Made by a program: the position numbers and the translations under genes. Below, piece by piece: positions 44,605 to 54,667 of a stretch of DNA of 57,588 bases. Every line of letters begins with the position of its first letter. Within the stretch, counting starts at the first letter, position 1. The notes beneath the pieces were generated by a model. It saw only the letters and a list, made by a program, of their open reading frames with translations, did no database searches and had not been told where the DNA came from. Source of the stretch: Arcobacter sp. (GTDB taxonomy: Bacteria > Campylobacterota > Campylobacteria > Campylobacterales > Arcobacteraceae); the NCBI GenBank assembly GCA_965662175.1, contig CBFIGT010000003.1, positions 1 to 57,588 of the forward strand, written 5' to 3'.

Positions 44605-45398
44605 AGGCTTTATCTTTTGAATTTATGCAAAATGCAATTATTGCTGGATTTTTAGTTAGTATTGCATCTGGAATAATTGGTTCTTTAATTGTAGTAAATC
44701 GTATGGTTTTTTTAGCAGGTGGAATTGCACATACCTCTTATGGTGGTATTGGTATTGCCATTTATTTTGGTTTGCCTATATTTTTAGGAGCTTCTATATT
44801 TTCTGTAAGTGCTGCTTTGCTTATGGCTTATTTAACCCTTAATCAAAGGGAAAGAATCGATATATTTATAGGTCTTATTTGGGCTGTTGGTATGGCTATT
44901 GGTATTTTACTTGTTGATTTAACACCTGGGTATAATGTGGATTTGATGAGTTATTTATTTGGCTCTATATTAGCTGTTAGTTTAAGTGATATTTATTATA
45001 TGGGAATTTTATTATTGGGTATTATATCTTTTGTTGCATTTTTTTATAGGGATATTTTAGCTGTATCTTATGATAGTGAGTATGCAACTTTACGGGGAAT
45101 AAATGTCAAACTTTTTTATACTCTAATTTTGGTTTTATCAGCTCTTACTGTTGTAATTGCAATAAAAGTTGTAGGGCTTATTTTGGTTATTGCACTTTTA
45201 ACTATACCTATTTATATAGCTGAAAAGTTATCTAACTCTTTATATGGTATGATGTTTGTCTCTGGTTTGTTATCATCTTTATTTACAATAGTGGGATTGA
45301 TATTATCTTACAACTTTGATTTAACATCAGGTGCTACAATTATAATAGTAAGTGCGATATCTTTATTTTTATTTTTAATTTATCAAAAGATTAAATAA
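44598..45398 (+). CDS. znuB: Zn/Mn ABC transporter permease (ZnuB-like)
   Basis: IAH, YLFGSIL and VVGLILV ABC-3 motifs. Confidence 0.85.
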   Translation: MLEALSFEFMQNAIIAGFLVSIASGIIGSLIVVNRMVFLAGGIAHTSYGGIGIAIYFGLPIFLGASIFSVSAALLMAYLTLNQRERIDIFIGLIWAVGMAIGILLVDLTPGYNVDLMSYLFGSILAVSLSDIYYMGILLLGIISFVAFFYRDILAVSYDSEYATLRGINVKLFYTLILVLSALTVVIAIKVVGLILVIALLTIPIYIAEKLSNSLYGMMFVSGLLSSLFTIVGLILSYNFDLTSGATIIIVSAISLFLFLIYQKIK

Positions 45399-45473
45399 TT
45401 TAGAATAACTTTAATTGTTATTAAATAATTAATCAGATAAAATCCCTTTTCAAATTTTTAAAAGGTTTAATTA

Positions 45474-46082
45474 ATGCTACATGAAATAGTTGATTTTATA
45501 GTTAATACGGTTGGTGACTTAGGTTATATTGGAATATTTTTAATGATGTTTTTGGAAAGCTCTTTTTTCCCTTTTCCTAGTGAAGTTGTAATGGTTCCTG
45601 CTGGTTATTTAGCATATAAAGGTGAAATGAGTATGTCAATTGCCATTGCTTGTGGAATTGCTGGTAGTTTAGCTGGTGCTTTGTTTAATTACTTCTTAGC
45701 AATTAAGTTTGGTAGAAAGTTTTTAATAAAATATGGTAAATACTTTTTCGTAAAAGAAGAGACTATTGAAAAAATGGAAAATTTCTTTAAAGTTCATGGT
45801 CCAATATCTACATTTTCGGGAAGATTAATTCCAGCTGTTAGACAATATATCTCATTCCCAGCAGGACTTGCTAAAATGAATCTTTTACTATTTTGTATTT
45901 ATACTAGTTTAGGTGCTGCAATTTGGGTAATAATTTTAACACTTTTAGGGTATTATATCGGCGGAAATGAAGCCTTGATAAAAGAGTATTTAAGATATAT
46001 AATTGGTGTTATTTTAATAGTTTTAGCATTTGGAACTTATTTCTACTATATTAGACATAAAAGAAAACAATTGAGTAAATGA
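45474..46082 (+). CDS. DedA family membrane protein
   Basis: [12 protein letters not shown] and GRLIPAVR motifs. Confidence 0.92.
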   Translation: MLHEIVDFIVNTVGDLGYIGIFLMMFLESSFFPFPSEVVMVPAGYLAYKGEMSMSIAIACGIAGSLAGALFNYFLAIKFGRKFLIKYGKYFFVKEETIEKMENFFKVHGPISTFSGRLIPAVRQYISFPAGLAKMNLLLFCIYTSLGAAIWVIILTLLGYYIGGNEALIKEYLRYIIGVILIVLAFGTYFYYIRHKRKQLSK

Positions 46083-46714
46083 AAGCATTAGTTACAGGGT
46101 ATAGTTCAGGTATTGGTAAAGCAATTTGTGAGATTTTAGAGCTTAATAATTATGAAGTTATTAAGCTTCAATCTAGACTAAATGATTTAAGCTCACTAGA
46201 AAAAGAGATTAAAGAGATTTTAAAAATAACTGAAATAAATATTCTTGTAAATTGTGCTGGTCTTGGTATATTTAAACCACATGAAGAGATATCTATTTGT
46301 AAAATAAAAGAGTTAATAGATGTAAATCTAACAGCTCCTATTGTTTTATCAAATTTATTACTTAGAAGTTTAAAAAAGACAAAAGGTCATATAATAAATA
46401 TATCTTCTATAGAAGCAACAAGACACTCCAAATTCTCAGCACTTTATACAGCAACAAAATCTGGACTTAGGGATTTTGCTTTAGCTTTATTTGAAGAGCT
46501 TAGACGAAGTGAAGTTAGAGTTACTACTATAAATCCAGACCTTACAAAAACAAATTTTTTTGATGAGTTTAATTTTGAACCAAGTGATAATCCTGATAGT
46601 TTTTTATTAAGTGAAGATATTGCAAAAGCTGTTTTAGATATAATTAATTTTAATGGTGTGGTTACAGATATTACAATTAGACCACAAAAACTAGAGATAA
46701 AAAAGAAAAAATAA
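46079..46714 (+). CDS. Short-chain dehydrogenase/reductase
   Basis: [15 protein letters not shown] and YTATK motifs. Confidence 0.9.
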   Translation: MKALVTGYSSGIGKAICEILELNNYEVIKLQSRLNDLSSLEKEIKEILKITEINILVNCAGLGIFKPHEEISICKIKELIDVNLTAPIVLSNLLLRSLKKTKGHIINISSIEATRHSKFSALYTATKSGLRDFALALFEELRRSEVRVTTINPDLTKTNFFDEFNFEPSDNPDSFLLSEDIAKAVLDIINFNGVVTDITIRPQKLEIKKKK

Positions 46715-46723
46715 GTAGCCAAA

Positions 46724-48094
46724 ATGACTGAAAAAAATTTAGAGCAAATTGAAGAGCTTGTATCAACATTAAGCAGTGAGATACTTGAGTATAAAAATGA
46801 AACCTCTACTGTACATCCTTATGATATTTCAGAACAACTTTTAAAACTTAGAGATTTAGATGAAGATGAATACTCTAAATCACTTAAGAAAATTCCAAGT
46901 ACTTTACTTGCTGAAGTATTATCAGAGATGCCTGATATTGTTCAAGAAGAGGTTAGTGAGTACATAAGTACAAAAAAACTTTTTGCTGTTACTTCAAACA
47001 TGGATACAGATGATGCAGCTGACTTTATTCAAAATATTTCTGAAGAGAATGAAGAGTTAGCTCAATCAATCTTAGAGAGTTTTGATGATGAAGAGAAAGA
47101 GCTTTTAGAGCAACTTATTTCATATGAAGATAATGAAGCCGGTGCTTATATGCAAACAGAGCTTTTTTCTGCAAAAATCAATGAAAAAATCGGTGATGCA
47201 ATAAAAAGATTAAAAGAGTTAAAAGAGATTGGGGAAGTTGATAATATTTGGCATTGCCATATTACTGATGAAAAAGGTATTTATATAGGAAGTGTTGGTT
47301 TAGAAGAGCTAATAATTTTTGAACATAATTTAAACTTTTCAGATATTCCAAGTGATAAATATAGGGAGTATAATGTTTCCCATAAGGCTGATATTAAAGA
47401 GGTTGTTGACCAAGTTACAAACTATAACTTATCAAGTTTACCTGTAGTTGATAATAAAAATAGATTAATAGGAAGAATTACTTCAGATGATGTTTATGAT
47501 ATTATCCAAGATAGTGCGACTGAGCAAATTTATAACATGGCTGGGGTAAATGATGAGGCTGAGCAAGAAGAGAGCATGTATGAAATTGGAAAAAGTAGAG
47601 CAATTTGGTTAGGAATTAATCTCTTAACAGCAATTGCAGCTTCAGTTGTAATTGGAGTTTTTGATACTACTATTCAATCTCTTGTAGCACTTGCAATTCT
47701 TATGCCAATAGTAGCTTCTATGGGTGGAAATGCAGGAACTCAAACCCTAACAGTAACAGTAAGACAGATGGCCTTGGGTGATATTAATAATGAAGATGCA
47801 AAAAAAACTATTTATAAAGAGGTTGTAATTTCATTGGTAAATGGACTCCTTTTTGCAGCTGTTATTGGAGTTATTGCTTATTTTTGGTTTAAAATGCCAA
47901 TGCTAGGTGTTGTAATAGCTTTATCAATGGTAATAAATCTTTTGGGTGCTGGTTTTTTTGGAGCTTTTATTCCATTAACTTTACAAAAACTAAAAATAGA
48001 CCCAGCTATTGGAAGTACTGTTTTACTTACAACTGTAACAGATGTTGTTGGTTTTTTTAGTTTTTTAGGTTTAGCAACACTAATTTTACTTTAA
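46724..48094 (+). CDS. mgtE: Magnesium transporter MgtE
   Basis: DDAAD, CBS pair, GGNAGTQ and DPA...TTVTD motifs. Confidence 0.95.
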   Translation: MTEKNLEQIEELVSTLSSEILEYKNETSTVHPYDISEQLLKLRDLDEDEYSKSLKKIPSTLLAEVLSEMPDIVQEEVSEYISTKKLFAVTSNMDTDDAADFIQNISEENEELAQSILESFDDEEKELLEQLISYEDNEAGAYMQTELFSAKINEKIGDAIKRLKELKEIGEVDNIWHCHITDEKGIYIGSVGLEELIIFEHNLNFSDIPSDKYREYNVSHKADIKEVVDQVTNYNLSSLPVVDNKNRLIGRITSDDVYDIIQDSATEQIYNMAGVNDEAEQEESMYEIGKSRAIWLGINLLTAIAASVVIGVFDTTIQSLVALAILMPIVASMGGNAGTQTLTVTVRQMALGDINNEDAKKTIYKEVVISLVNGLLFAAVIGVIAYFWFKMPMLGVVIALSMVINLLGAGFFGAFIPLTLQKLKIDPAIGSTVLLTTVTDVVGFFSFLGLATLILL

Positions 48095-48561
48095 ATAATA
48101 GGTCTATTATATCTCATAAAGTATAAAGAGGGTAGGGCTAAACCAAAACCAATTGAGCCTAAAATTATAATTGATTTTAAAGAGTTATCTATAAATAGTG
48201 TAATTAGCTCAGGGCTAACTCCATGGGTATTCATTTCAATTAAATTTATAATCGCTGTAAAAGCATATGTTCCAGGTAAAAGTGGAATAATAGATGCAAT
48301 TGTATAAGTTGGTCTTGGAATAGTAAATTTTCTTGACCAATAAAGAGCAACTAAGCCTACTATAGTTGAGGCTATAAAAGTTGCTAGTTCTATTGAAAAG
48401 TTTAAATCCATTAGAAAATATCTAGAACTATAAGCAATAGCTCCACCCATAGCACAATAAACTAAAGTGCTTTTAGGAACATTAAAAACCATCGCAAAAC
48501 CAACAGCTGGAATGGCTGAGAAGATTGCATTTAAAATATATTGAATAACTATATTTTCCAT
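48091..48561 (-). CDS. ThrE-family exporter small subunit (YjjB-like)
   Basis: GFAMVFNVP and IIPLLPG motifs. Confidence 0.85.
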   Translation of the reverse strand: MENIVIQYILNAIFSAIPAVGFAMVFNVPKSTLVYCAMGGAIAYSSRYFLMDLNFSIELATFIASTIVGLVALYWSRKFTIPRPTYTIASIIPLLPGTYAFTAIINLIEMNTHGVSPELITLFIDNSLKSIIILGSIGFGLALPSLYFMRYNRPII

Positions 48562-48562
48562 T

Positions 48563-49357
48563 TTACCAACCTTTTATACCTAATAGGGCAAAGGCTAAAA
48601 CTATACCAATTGCTGTTGAAACTGTAAGTAAAACAGCTTGCATCCAACGTCCCCAACCCATAGATAAATAACCCTTAACAGCATCTAAAACAGAGTTAAT
48701 AAAGGGAAATCCAGGTGCTAAAAGAATAACACTAGCTGTTAGTGCTATATTTGGAGTTGAGCTTAAATTAAAAAGTAAAGCAATACTTGAAATCAGTGTT
48801 GCCACAAAAGCTGTAATACCAAAAGTTAATATAAGTATAAATTTTCTTTTTGCAAGCTCTTGTCTTACAAACATAGCAATACTAGATGATAAAAAAGTTA
48901 TTAAAAAAGCTTGCCAATCAGCACCATTTAAATAGGCAAAGGATGCACATGATAAACCAACCATAAAAACAACTAAGTATCTATTATAATATTTTGGTTC
49001 AATTTTTTTTAAACTTTCAAATATAAACTCAACACCATAAGATTTTTTTTCACACTCAATACAGATTTTTTGAACATCACAAACTATAGACATATTTATT
49101 GGTTTATGGTGAGCACGCCTTGTTGTTGTAACTGATTGTGTTTGATTATTATTTAAAGTTGTAAGTACTATTGCTGATGGAATTAAAGAGACTTCAACCG
49201 AATCAACACCAAGTGCTTTTCCTAGTCTTTGAGCATTTTGTTCAATTAGAGTACTCTCAGCTCCAAACTCTAGCATTAATACAGCTGATTTTATTATTGC
49301 TCTTGTTATTTTTGTTTGTTCTTCATAAGTTAAATTATTCATAGGCGGTTTATTCAT
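48563..49357 (-). CDS. ThrE-family exporter large subunit (YjjP-like)
   Basis: GAES, INM and LAPGFPFIN motifs; start uncertain (49357 or 49342; ORF track gives 49420). Confidence 0.85.
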   Translation of the reverse strand: MNKPPMNNLTYEEQTKITRAIIKSAVLMLEFGAESTLIEQNAQRLGKALGVDSVEVSLIPSAIVLTTLNNNQTQSVTTTRRAHHKPINMSIVCDVQKICIECEKKSYGVEFIFESLKKIEPKYYNRYLVVFMVGLSCASFAYLNGADWQAFLITFLSSSIAMFVRQELAKRKFILILTFGITAFVATLISSIALLFNLSSTPNIALTASVILLAPGFPFINSVLDAVKGYLSMGWGRWMQAVLLTVSTAIGIVLAFALLGIKGW

Positions 49358-49492
49358 TAGTAGTTTATTTTTTAAGAAATATGTATGTTTTACATAAAAA
49401 AAGAATTGTATAATAAGCAATATTAAAAGATAGTTATAGGGATAATAATATAGTTTATAATATAATTCAATTTCAAAAAATGAAGGAAAATA

Positions 49493-49828
49493 TTGAAAGA
49501 TTTAACAAACTATTTTAGAGAGAAAAAAGATATTATTTTTAAAAGTTTAGAAAAAGTTGAGCCTAAAACTATTGGAAGTAGAAAAAAAATCGATATATAT
49601 TGTGGAACATCAATACAAAAAGAGTTTTATGCCATATTTATACTTGATTCAAAGAGTAGATTTATAAGAAAAAATGCAGAAGATTTAAATATATTATTAG
49701 CTAAATTGATTGATTATAAAGAGCATAATTTTAAAAGAAAAATTTTACTTATTTCAAGTCCTCTTTGCTCTAAAGCAAAAAAGTTCTTAGAAAGTGAAAA
49801 ATGGAGCGTAGAGATTGATTTTATGTGA
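49493..49828 (+). CDS. Hypothetical protein
   Basis: 111-aa ORF with AAGGA RBS; overlaps the coaX start. Confidence 0.75.
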   Translation: MKDLTNYFREKKDIIFKSLEKVEPKTIGSRKKIDIYCGTSIQKEFYAIFILDSKSRFIRKNAEDLNILLAKLIDYKEHNFKRKILLISSPLCSKAKKFLESEKWSVEIDFM

Positions 49829-50441
49829 TATTGGAAATACAACTTTTCATTTTCTAATTAATGGAAAACACAAAAGATATTTTTTAGATGAAGATTTACC
49901 AACTTTAGATGGAAAAATCTATTTTGTATCTGTAAATAAAGAGGCTAGTAAAAAGCTTTTAAAACACTACCCAAAAGCAAAAAATATAAAAAAACTTATG
50001 AAGTTTGATACAAAATATGAGGGTTTAGGTATTGATAGAGCCTTAGCCTCTTATTTTGAAAAAGATGCTGTTATTATTGATGCAGGTAGCGCAATAACAG
50101 TTGATATAATGGAAGGTGGAATTCACAAAGGTGGATTTATAATGCCTGGTTTTAGAGCATTTATGAAAACTTATCCAAAAATTTCAAAAAAACTTAAATT
50201 TGATTTTGAAAAAAAAATAAATTTAGATAAAATACCGCTTCAAACAAAAGATGCTATACAATATGCCATGATGAAATCTATTATTTTACCAATCAAAGAA
50301 GTAAGCAAAAACAGAAAAATCATATTTACAGGTGGCGATGGAAAGTTACTTAGTACTTATTTTAAAAATAGCACATACAAAAAAGATTTGATATTTGAAA
50401 ACATGAAAAGGATAATTGATGCTAACAATTGCATTGCCTAA
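49815..50441 (+). CDS. coaX: Type III pantothenate kinase
   Basis: DIGNT, LGIDR, DAGSAITVD and TGGD motifs. Confidence 0.94.
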   Translation: MILCDIGNTTFHFLINGKHKRYFLDEDLPTLDGKIYFVSVNKEASKKLLKHYPKAKNIKKLMKFDTKYEGLGIDRALASYFEKDAVIIDAGSAITVDIMEGGIHKGGFIMPGFRAFMKTYPKISKKLKFDFEKKINLDKIPLQTKDAIQYAMMKSIILPIKEVSKNRKIIFTGGDGKLLSTYFKNSTYKKDLIFENMKRIIDANNCIA

Positions 50442-51027
50442 GGGAAGAATTGCTGAAGAGACTTTAGACAAATTTGAGAAAGCTTTTGGAGAAAAATTTG
50501 TTTTTGAAAATAGAAAACTAATACTTGAAAAAAGTGGATTTAAATTTTTAAATGTTAGAAATCAAGATGTACCAACTTATGTAATGCATGGGGCTGCTGA
50601 TTTAGGTGTTGTGGGACTTGATGTACTTGAAGAGAAAGAGTATGACATTATTAAACTACTTGATTTACAATTAGGAAAGTGTAAAGTTGCTTTTGGATTA
50701 AGAAAGGGCGAAGAGCTTGATATGAGTAAAAGCAAAATTACAGTTGCTACAAAACATGAAAAGATAGCTAAAAAGTATTTTGAAGAGAAAGCTATGGCTG
50801 TTGAGATTATCAAACTATATGGTTCAATAGAACTTGCACCTTTGGTTGGACTTTGTGATTGTATTGTTGATATTGTTGAAACAGGTGAAACAATGAAACA
50901 AAATGGTTTAGAAGTTGGTCCTACAATTATGCAAAGTAGTGCAAATTTAATAGCAAACAAAAATGCATATTATGCAAAAAAAGATAAGATTTTAAAGCTA
51001 AGAGAAAGATTACAAGCGGTTTTATAA
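50419..51027 (+). CDS. hisG: ATP phosphoribosyltransferase, short (HisZ-dependent) form
   Basis: IALPKGR, GSIELAP and DIVETG motifs; ~202 aa. Confidence 0.95.
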   Translation: MLTIALPKGRIAEETLDKFEKAFGEKFVFENRKLILEKSGFKFLNVRNQDVPTYVMHGAADLGVVGLDVLEEKEYDIIKLLDLQLGKCKVAFGLRKGEELDMSKSKITVATKHEKIAKKYFEEKAMAVEIIKLYGSIELAPLVGLCDCIVDIVETGETMKQNGLEVGPTIMQSSANLIANKNAYYAKKDKILKLRERLQAVL

Positions 51028-51728
51028 TGGGTTTAAATTTATATGCAAAAATTGAAGAGTATTTAGATTTTGAGGATGAGGTCTCTAGACTTCATGGTGA
51101 ATTTTTATCTCTGATTTTTGAAAAAGAGTTAAACAATATTTTAGATGTTGGTTGTGGACAAGGCTCTTTTATAAAGAATCTTAATGAAAATGGTTTAAAT
51201 GCTTTTGGAATTGATTTAAGTAATGAGCAAATTAGAATTGCTAAAAAAAATGGTATTAAAAATGTATCAGCTACATCTTTAAATAATATAAAATCAAAAT
51301 ATGATTGTACAACAGCTATTTTTGATGTAATTAATTATATTCCAAAAAATCATATAAAAACTTTTTTTGATGAGATGAATCTTGTTTTAAATCAAGGCGG
51401 ATATTTTATTTTTGATATAAACTCATTTTTTGGATTTGAAGAGGTTGCACAAGGTACACTTACTATTGATTTAGAAGATAAATTTATAGCCATTGATGCT
51501 AACTTTGAAAATAACAAACTTATTACAGATATAACACTTTTTTCACAAAATAAAAATAAGCTTTTTACAAAAGAGAATGATTGTATTATTCAACACTATT
51601 ATAAAAATAGTGAGTTAAAAGAGCTACTTAAAAATAGTGGCTTTGAAGTTGAAAATATTTTAAACTTCAATTTACACAGTGAAGAGGAGAGTGATAAATT
51701 TATTTTTATCTGTAAAAAATCAAAATAA
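51027..51728 (+). CDS. Class I SAM-dependent methyltransferase
   Basis: LDVGCGQG, GIDLS and GGYFIFD motifs. Confidence 0.88.
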   Translation: MGLNLYAKIEEYLDFEDEVSRLHGEFLSLIFEKELNNILDVGCGQGSFIKNLNENGLNAFGIDLSNEQIRIAKKNGIKNVSATSLNNIKSKYDCTTAIFDVINYIPKNHIKTFFDEMNLVLNQGGYFIFDINSFFGFEEVAQGTLTIDLEDKFIAIDANFENNKLITDITLFSQNKNKLFTKENDCIIQHYYKNSELKELLKNSGFEVENILNFNLHSEEESDKFIFICKKSK

Positions 51729-51737
51729 AGGTTTTTT

Positions 51738-52334
51738 ATGAACTACCCAGATTTTTATAATCAAATTCCTACAATAAAACTACAAGATGAACTTTCAAAC
51801 TTTTTAGCTGCTTTTGAAGATGGGCTTATAGAGTTTTCATATTTAGATATAGTAAAAAGTGCAGGACACTCTTGTCCTACTGTTTTAGGGGCTTATCTTA
51901 TGACTTTTAAGGCATTAAACTTTTTATATGAAAATGAGCTTCCTAAACGTGGAGAGATAAAAGTAGAGTTCGCTAAAAAACAAAATGATGGAGTTACAGG
52001 AGTAATTGCTAGTGTAGTTTCAAATATAACAGGGGCTACTTTTGATACAGGTTTTAAAGGAATAGCAGGAAACTTTGATAGAAGAAATTTAATGTTTTTT
52101 GAGAGAGAAATTAGTTCAAATATTAAATTTACAAGAAGAGATACACAAAAAAGTGTAGATGTTTTTTATGATATAAGTGGTGTAAATATGAGTGAAAGAT
52201 TACAAGAACTTATGAAAAAATCAATATCAAAAAATGCTTCACAAGATGAGCTTAAAGAGTTTGGAAAACTTTGGCAAGAAAGGGTAAAAGAGATATATTT
52301 ACAAATGGATAAACTTATTATTCTTAAACTTTAA
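51738..52334 (+). CDS. Hypothetical protein, FmdE/FwdE-like
   Basis: AGHSCPTVLGAY resembles the FmdE HGHxCPG motif. Confidence 0.6.
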   Translation: MNYPDFYNQIPTIKLQDELSNFLAAFEDGLIEFSYLDIVKSAGHSCPTVLGAYLMTFKALNFLYENELPKRGEIKVEFAKKQNDGVTGVIASVVSNITGATFDTGFKGIAGNFDRRNLMFFEREISSNIKFTRRDTQKSVDVFYDISGVNMSERLQELMKKSISKNASQDELKEFGKLWQERVKEIYLQMDKLIILKL

Positions 52335-53670
52335 ATTTATCCAAGACTTCAATTTCAACTCTATTTCTACCTAACTCTTTCGCTTTATAAAGGGCTCTAT
52401 CTGCTCTTTTAAAAAAAGTATTTTGGGTGTCATGATGGTGAAATTGGGCAATTCCAATTGAGCATGTGATATTTGGTATATTATCAAATTTGTGATTTTC
52501 AACTGTTGAACGTAGTTTTTCTGAAACAAATAGTGCTTCATCAATATCTGTATGAGGAAGCATCATTACAAACTCTTCACCGCCCCAACGTGCTATAATA
52601 TCACTATCCCTTGAACACAATTTTAATATTTTGGCAATTTCTTGTAAAACATAATCACCCTTTAGGTGTCCGTAAGTATCATTAACCTCTTTAAAATAAT
52701 CCAAATCAATCATAAGTAGTGAAAATGTTCCCTCTTCATATCTTGTATGTTTTTTTATTTCATACTCTAAAAATGACTCAAATTTGTGTCTATTATAAAT
52801 TTGTGTTAAAAAATCTAAAGATGCTAACTCTTCAAGCTCTAATTTTGACTTTAAAAGTTTTTTGTTATCCTTTGATATTTTACTTCCCTCTTTTTTTATA
52901 AGTTCAATCCATTTATTATAAACAACCCTCAAAAGCTCTTTTTGAGAAATTATTCCAACAACTTTATCTAATTTATCAACTATAACAACTCTTTTAAAGT
53001 GCTTCATTTTTATAAAATCTAAAGCATATGAAATAGTTGAATCATCAGGAATTGTAATCAAAGGAGAAGACATAAACTTTTGTATTGGTTGATTCAAGTT
53101 TGTGTCTGTATGCATAATATCTATAAAATCTTTGGTTGTAAAAATTCCCACATGTTTGTCATTTGTATCTTTGATAATAATTGAGTCTGCATGATTTTCT
53201 TTTATTAATTTGATAGCTTGTAAGGTTGAAGAGTTTTCATAAATAAAATTTGCTTTATAATTTAAAATCAAAGAAGCTACAGTTTGTCTTTGCATTAATA
53301 TTTTAGGGTCAACATTATTGATAACATCTGTATATGAAACTAATCCAATAAGTTTATTTCTATCATCTAAAATAACCATATATTCAGTTGTCGAATCGAT
53401 TTGATTAAGTATTGTTAAAATACTTAAATCTTTTTCAATAGTTCTAACTAAGGGAAGATTTAAATCCTTCAATTTAGTATTTGAATCAATATTTTCTAGT
53501 TTTAAATCGATTAATAAAGATGTTGTTAATATATGAAATATTTCATTATTTAAAACAATAATTGTCCTTAAATTCAATTTTGACATTTTATTAATGGCAT
53601 CATTTAAACTATTTGTTATATCAATTGTTTCTACATCTTTTACTGAAATATCATATACTGTTGGAAGCAT
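52324..53670 (-). CDS. CBS-domain diguanylate cyclase
   Basis: Two CBS pairs, coiled coil, DFLT..NR, RDSD I-site and GGEEF. Confidence 0.9.
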   Translation of the reverse strand: MLPTVYDISVKDVETIDITNSLNDAINKMSKLNLRTIIVLNNEIFHILTTSLLIDLKLENIDSNTKLKDLNLPLVRTIEKDLSILTILNQIDSTTEYMVILDDRNKLIGLVSYTDVINNVDPKILMQRQTVASLILNYKANFIYENSSTLQAIKLIKENHADSIIIKDTNDKHVGIFTTKDFIDIMHTDTNLNQPIQKFMSSPLITIPDDSTISYALDFIKMKHFKRVVIVDKLDKVVGIISQKELLRVVYNKWIELIKKEGSKISKDNKKLLKSKLELEELASLDFLTQIYNRHKFESFLEYEIKKHTRYEEGTFSLLMIDLDYFKEVNDTYGHLKGDYVLQEIAKILKLCSRDSDIIARWGGEEFVMMLPHTDIDEALFVSEKLRSTVENHKFDNIPNITCSIGIAQFHHHDTQNTFFKRADRALYKAKELGRNRVEIEVLDKFKV

Positions 53671-53671
53671 T

Positions 53672-54631
53672 TTATAATCCAACTGCGTTTCTAATAACTT
53701 CCATCTTTGCTTGTGCTATTTTTTTTGCTTTACTAGCTCCATGAGCTAAAATCTCTTTTACCTCTTTTGGATTATTTAAAAGATGCTCTCTTTTTTGTGT
53801 GTATGGTTCAAAGTGTTCATTTATTTTATCTAATAGTGCTAGTTTAAAATGTCCATAACCCTCACCTGGAGTTGCATATCTTTCTTGCATAGCTTTTAAT
53901 TCATCTTCATTCATAAATAGTTCACAAAGTTTATAAATATTACAAGTTGTGTACTCTTTTGGCTCATGTAACTCTTTTGAATCAGTTACTATTCCCATTA
54001 CTTGTTTTTTAATAGCTTTTTTAGCTCCAAACATATCAATAGTATTTCCATATGATTTTGACATTTTAGCACCATCAGTACCTGGAACTGTTGCAACATT
54101 TTCATCAACTTTTGATTCAGGTAAGACTAAAATATCTCCATATGTATGATTAAAACTTGTTGCAATATCTCTTGTCATTTCAACATGTTGAATTTGGTCT
54201 TTTCCCACAGGTACGATATTAGAATCAAATAATAAAATATCAGCAGCCATAAGAACAGGATAAGAAAAAAGCCCATGATTTGCTTGTATTCCCCTTGCTG
54301 TTTTATCTTTATATGAGTGAGCTCTCTCTAATAATCCCATTGATGTATGATTTGATAAAATCCAATATAATTCAAGCACTTCTTGAACATCACTTTGTAC
54401 CCAAAATGTTGATTTTTCAGGGTCCATTCCAAGGGCTAAAAAGTTAACAGCTGCTTCAAAAATATTTTTTTCTAAAATCTCTTTATCTTTTACAGATGTT
54501 AATGCATGATAAGAAGCTATAAAGGCAAAAAGTTCACCATCATCTTGCCCCTCAATCATTTTTTTTACCATTCCAAAATAGTTACCAATATGAATAGTCC
54601 CTGATGGTTGAATTCCTGATAATATTCTCAA
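53672..54631 (-). CDS. trpS: Tryptophan-tRNA ligase
   Basis: SGIQPSG, HIGN, YPVLMAAD and KMSKS motifs. Confidence 0.97.
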   Translation of the reverse strand: MRILSGIQPSGTIHIGNYFGMVKKMIEGQDDGELFAFIASYHALTSVKDKEILEKNIFEAAVNFLALGMDPEKSTFWVQSDVQEVLELYWILSNHTSMGLLERAHSYKDKTARGIQANHGLFSYPVLMAADILLFDSNIVPVGKDQIQHVEMTRDIATSFNHTYGDILVLPESKVDENVATVPGTDGAKMSKSYGNTIDMFGAKKAIKKQVMGIVTDSKELHEPKEYTTCNIYKLCELFMNEDELKAMQERYATPGEGYGHFKLALLDKINEHFEPYTQKREHLLNNPKEVKEILAHGASKAKKIAQAKMEVIRNAVGL

Positions 54632-54667
54632 TTTATAAGTCCTTGTTAAATTTTTTATTCATTATAT

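Noticed and set aside
6492..49357. Threonine-themed clustering (thrB, thrC, ilvA, ThrE exporter)
   Set aside because: Separate transcription units spread over 43 kb with no shared motif seen; likely coincidence.
49358..49420. N-terminal extension of the ThrE-family ORF
   Set aside because: AT-rich divergent promoter region; residues do not look homologous to the family.
50209..50217. A9 homopolymer in coaX as a phase-variation tract
   Set aside because: A-runs are common at this AT content, the frame is intact, and the contingency tracts in this phylum are typically poly-G/C, which I did not see.
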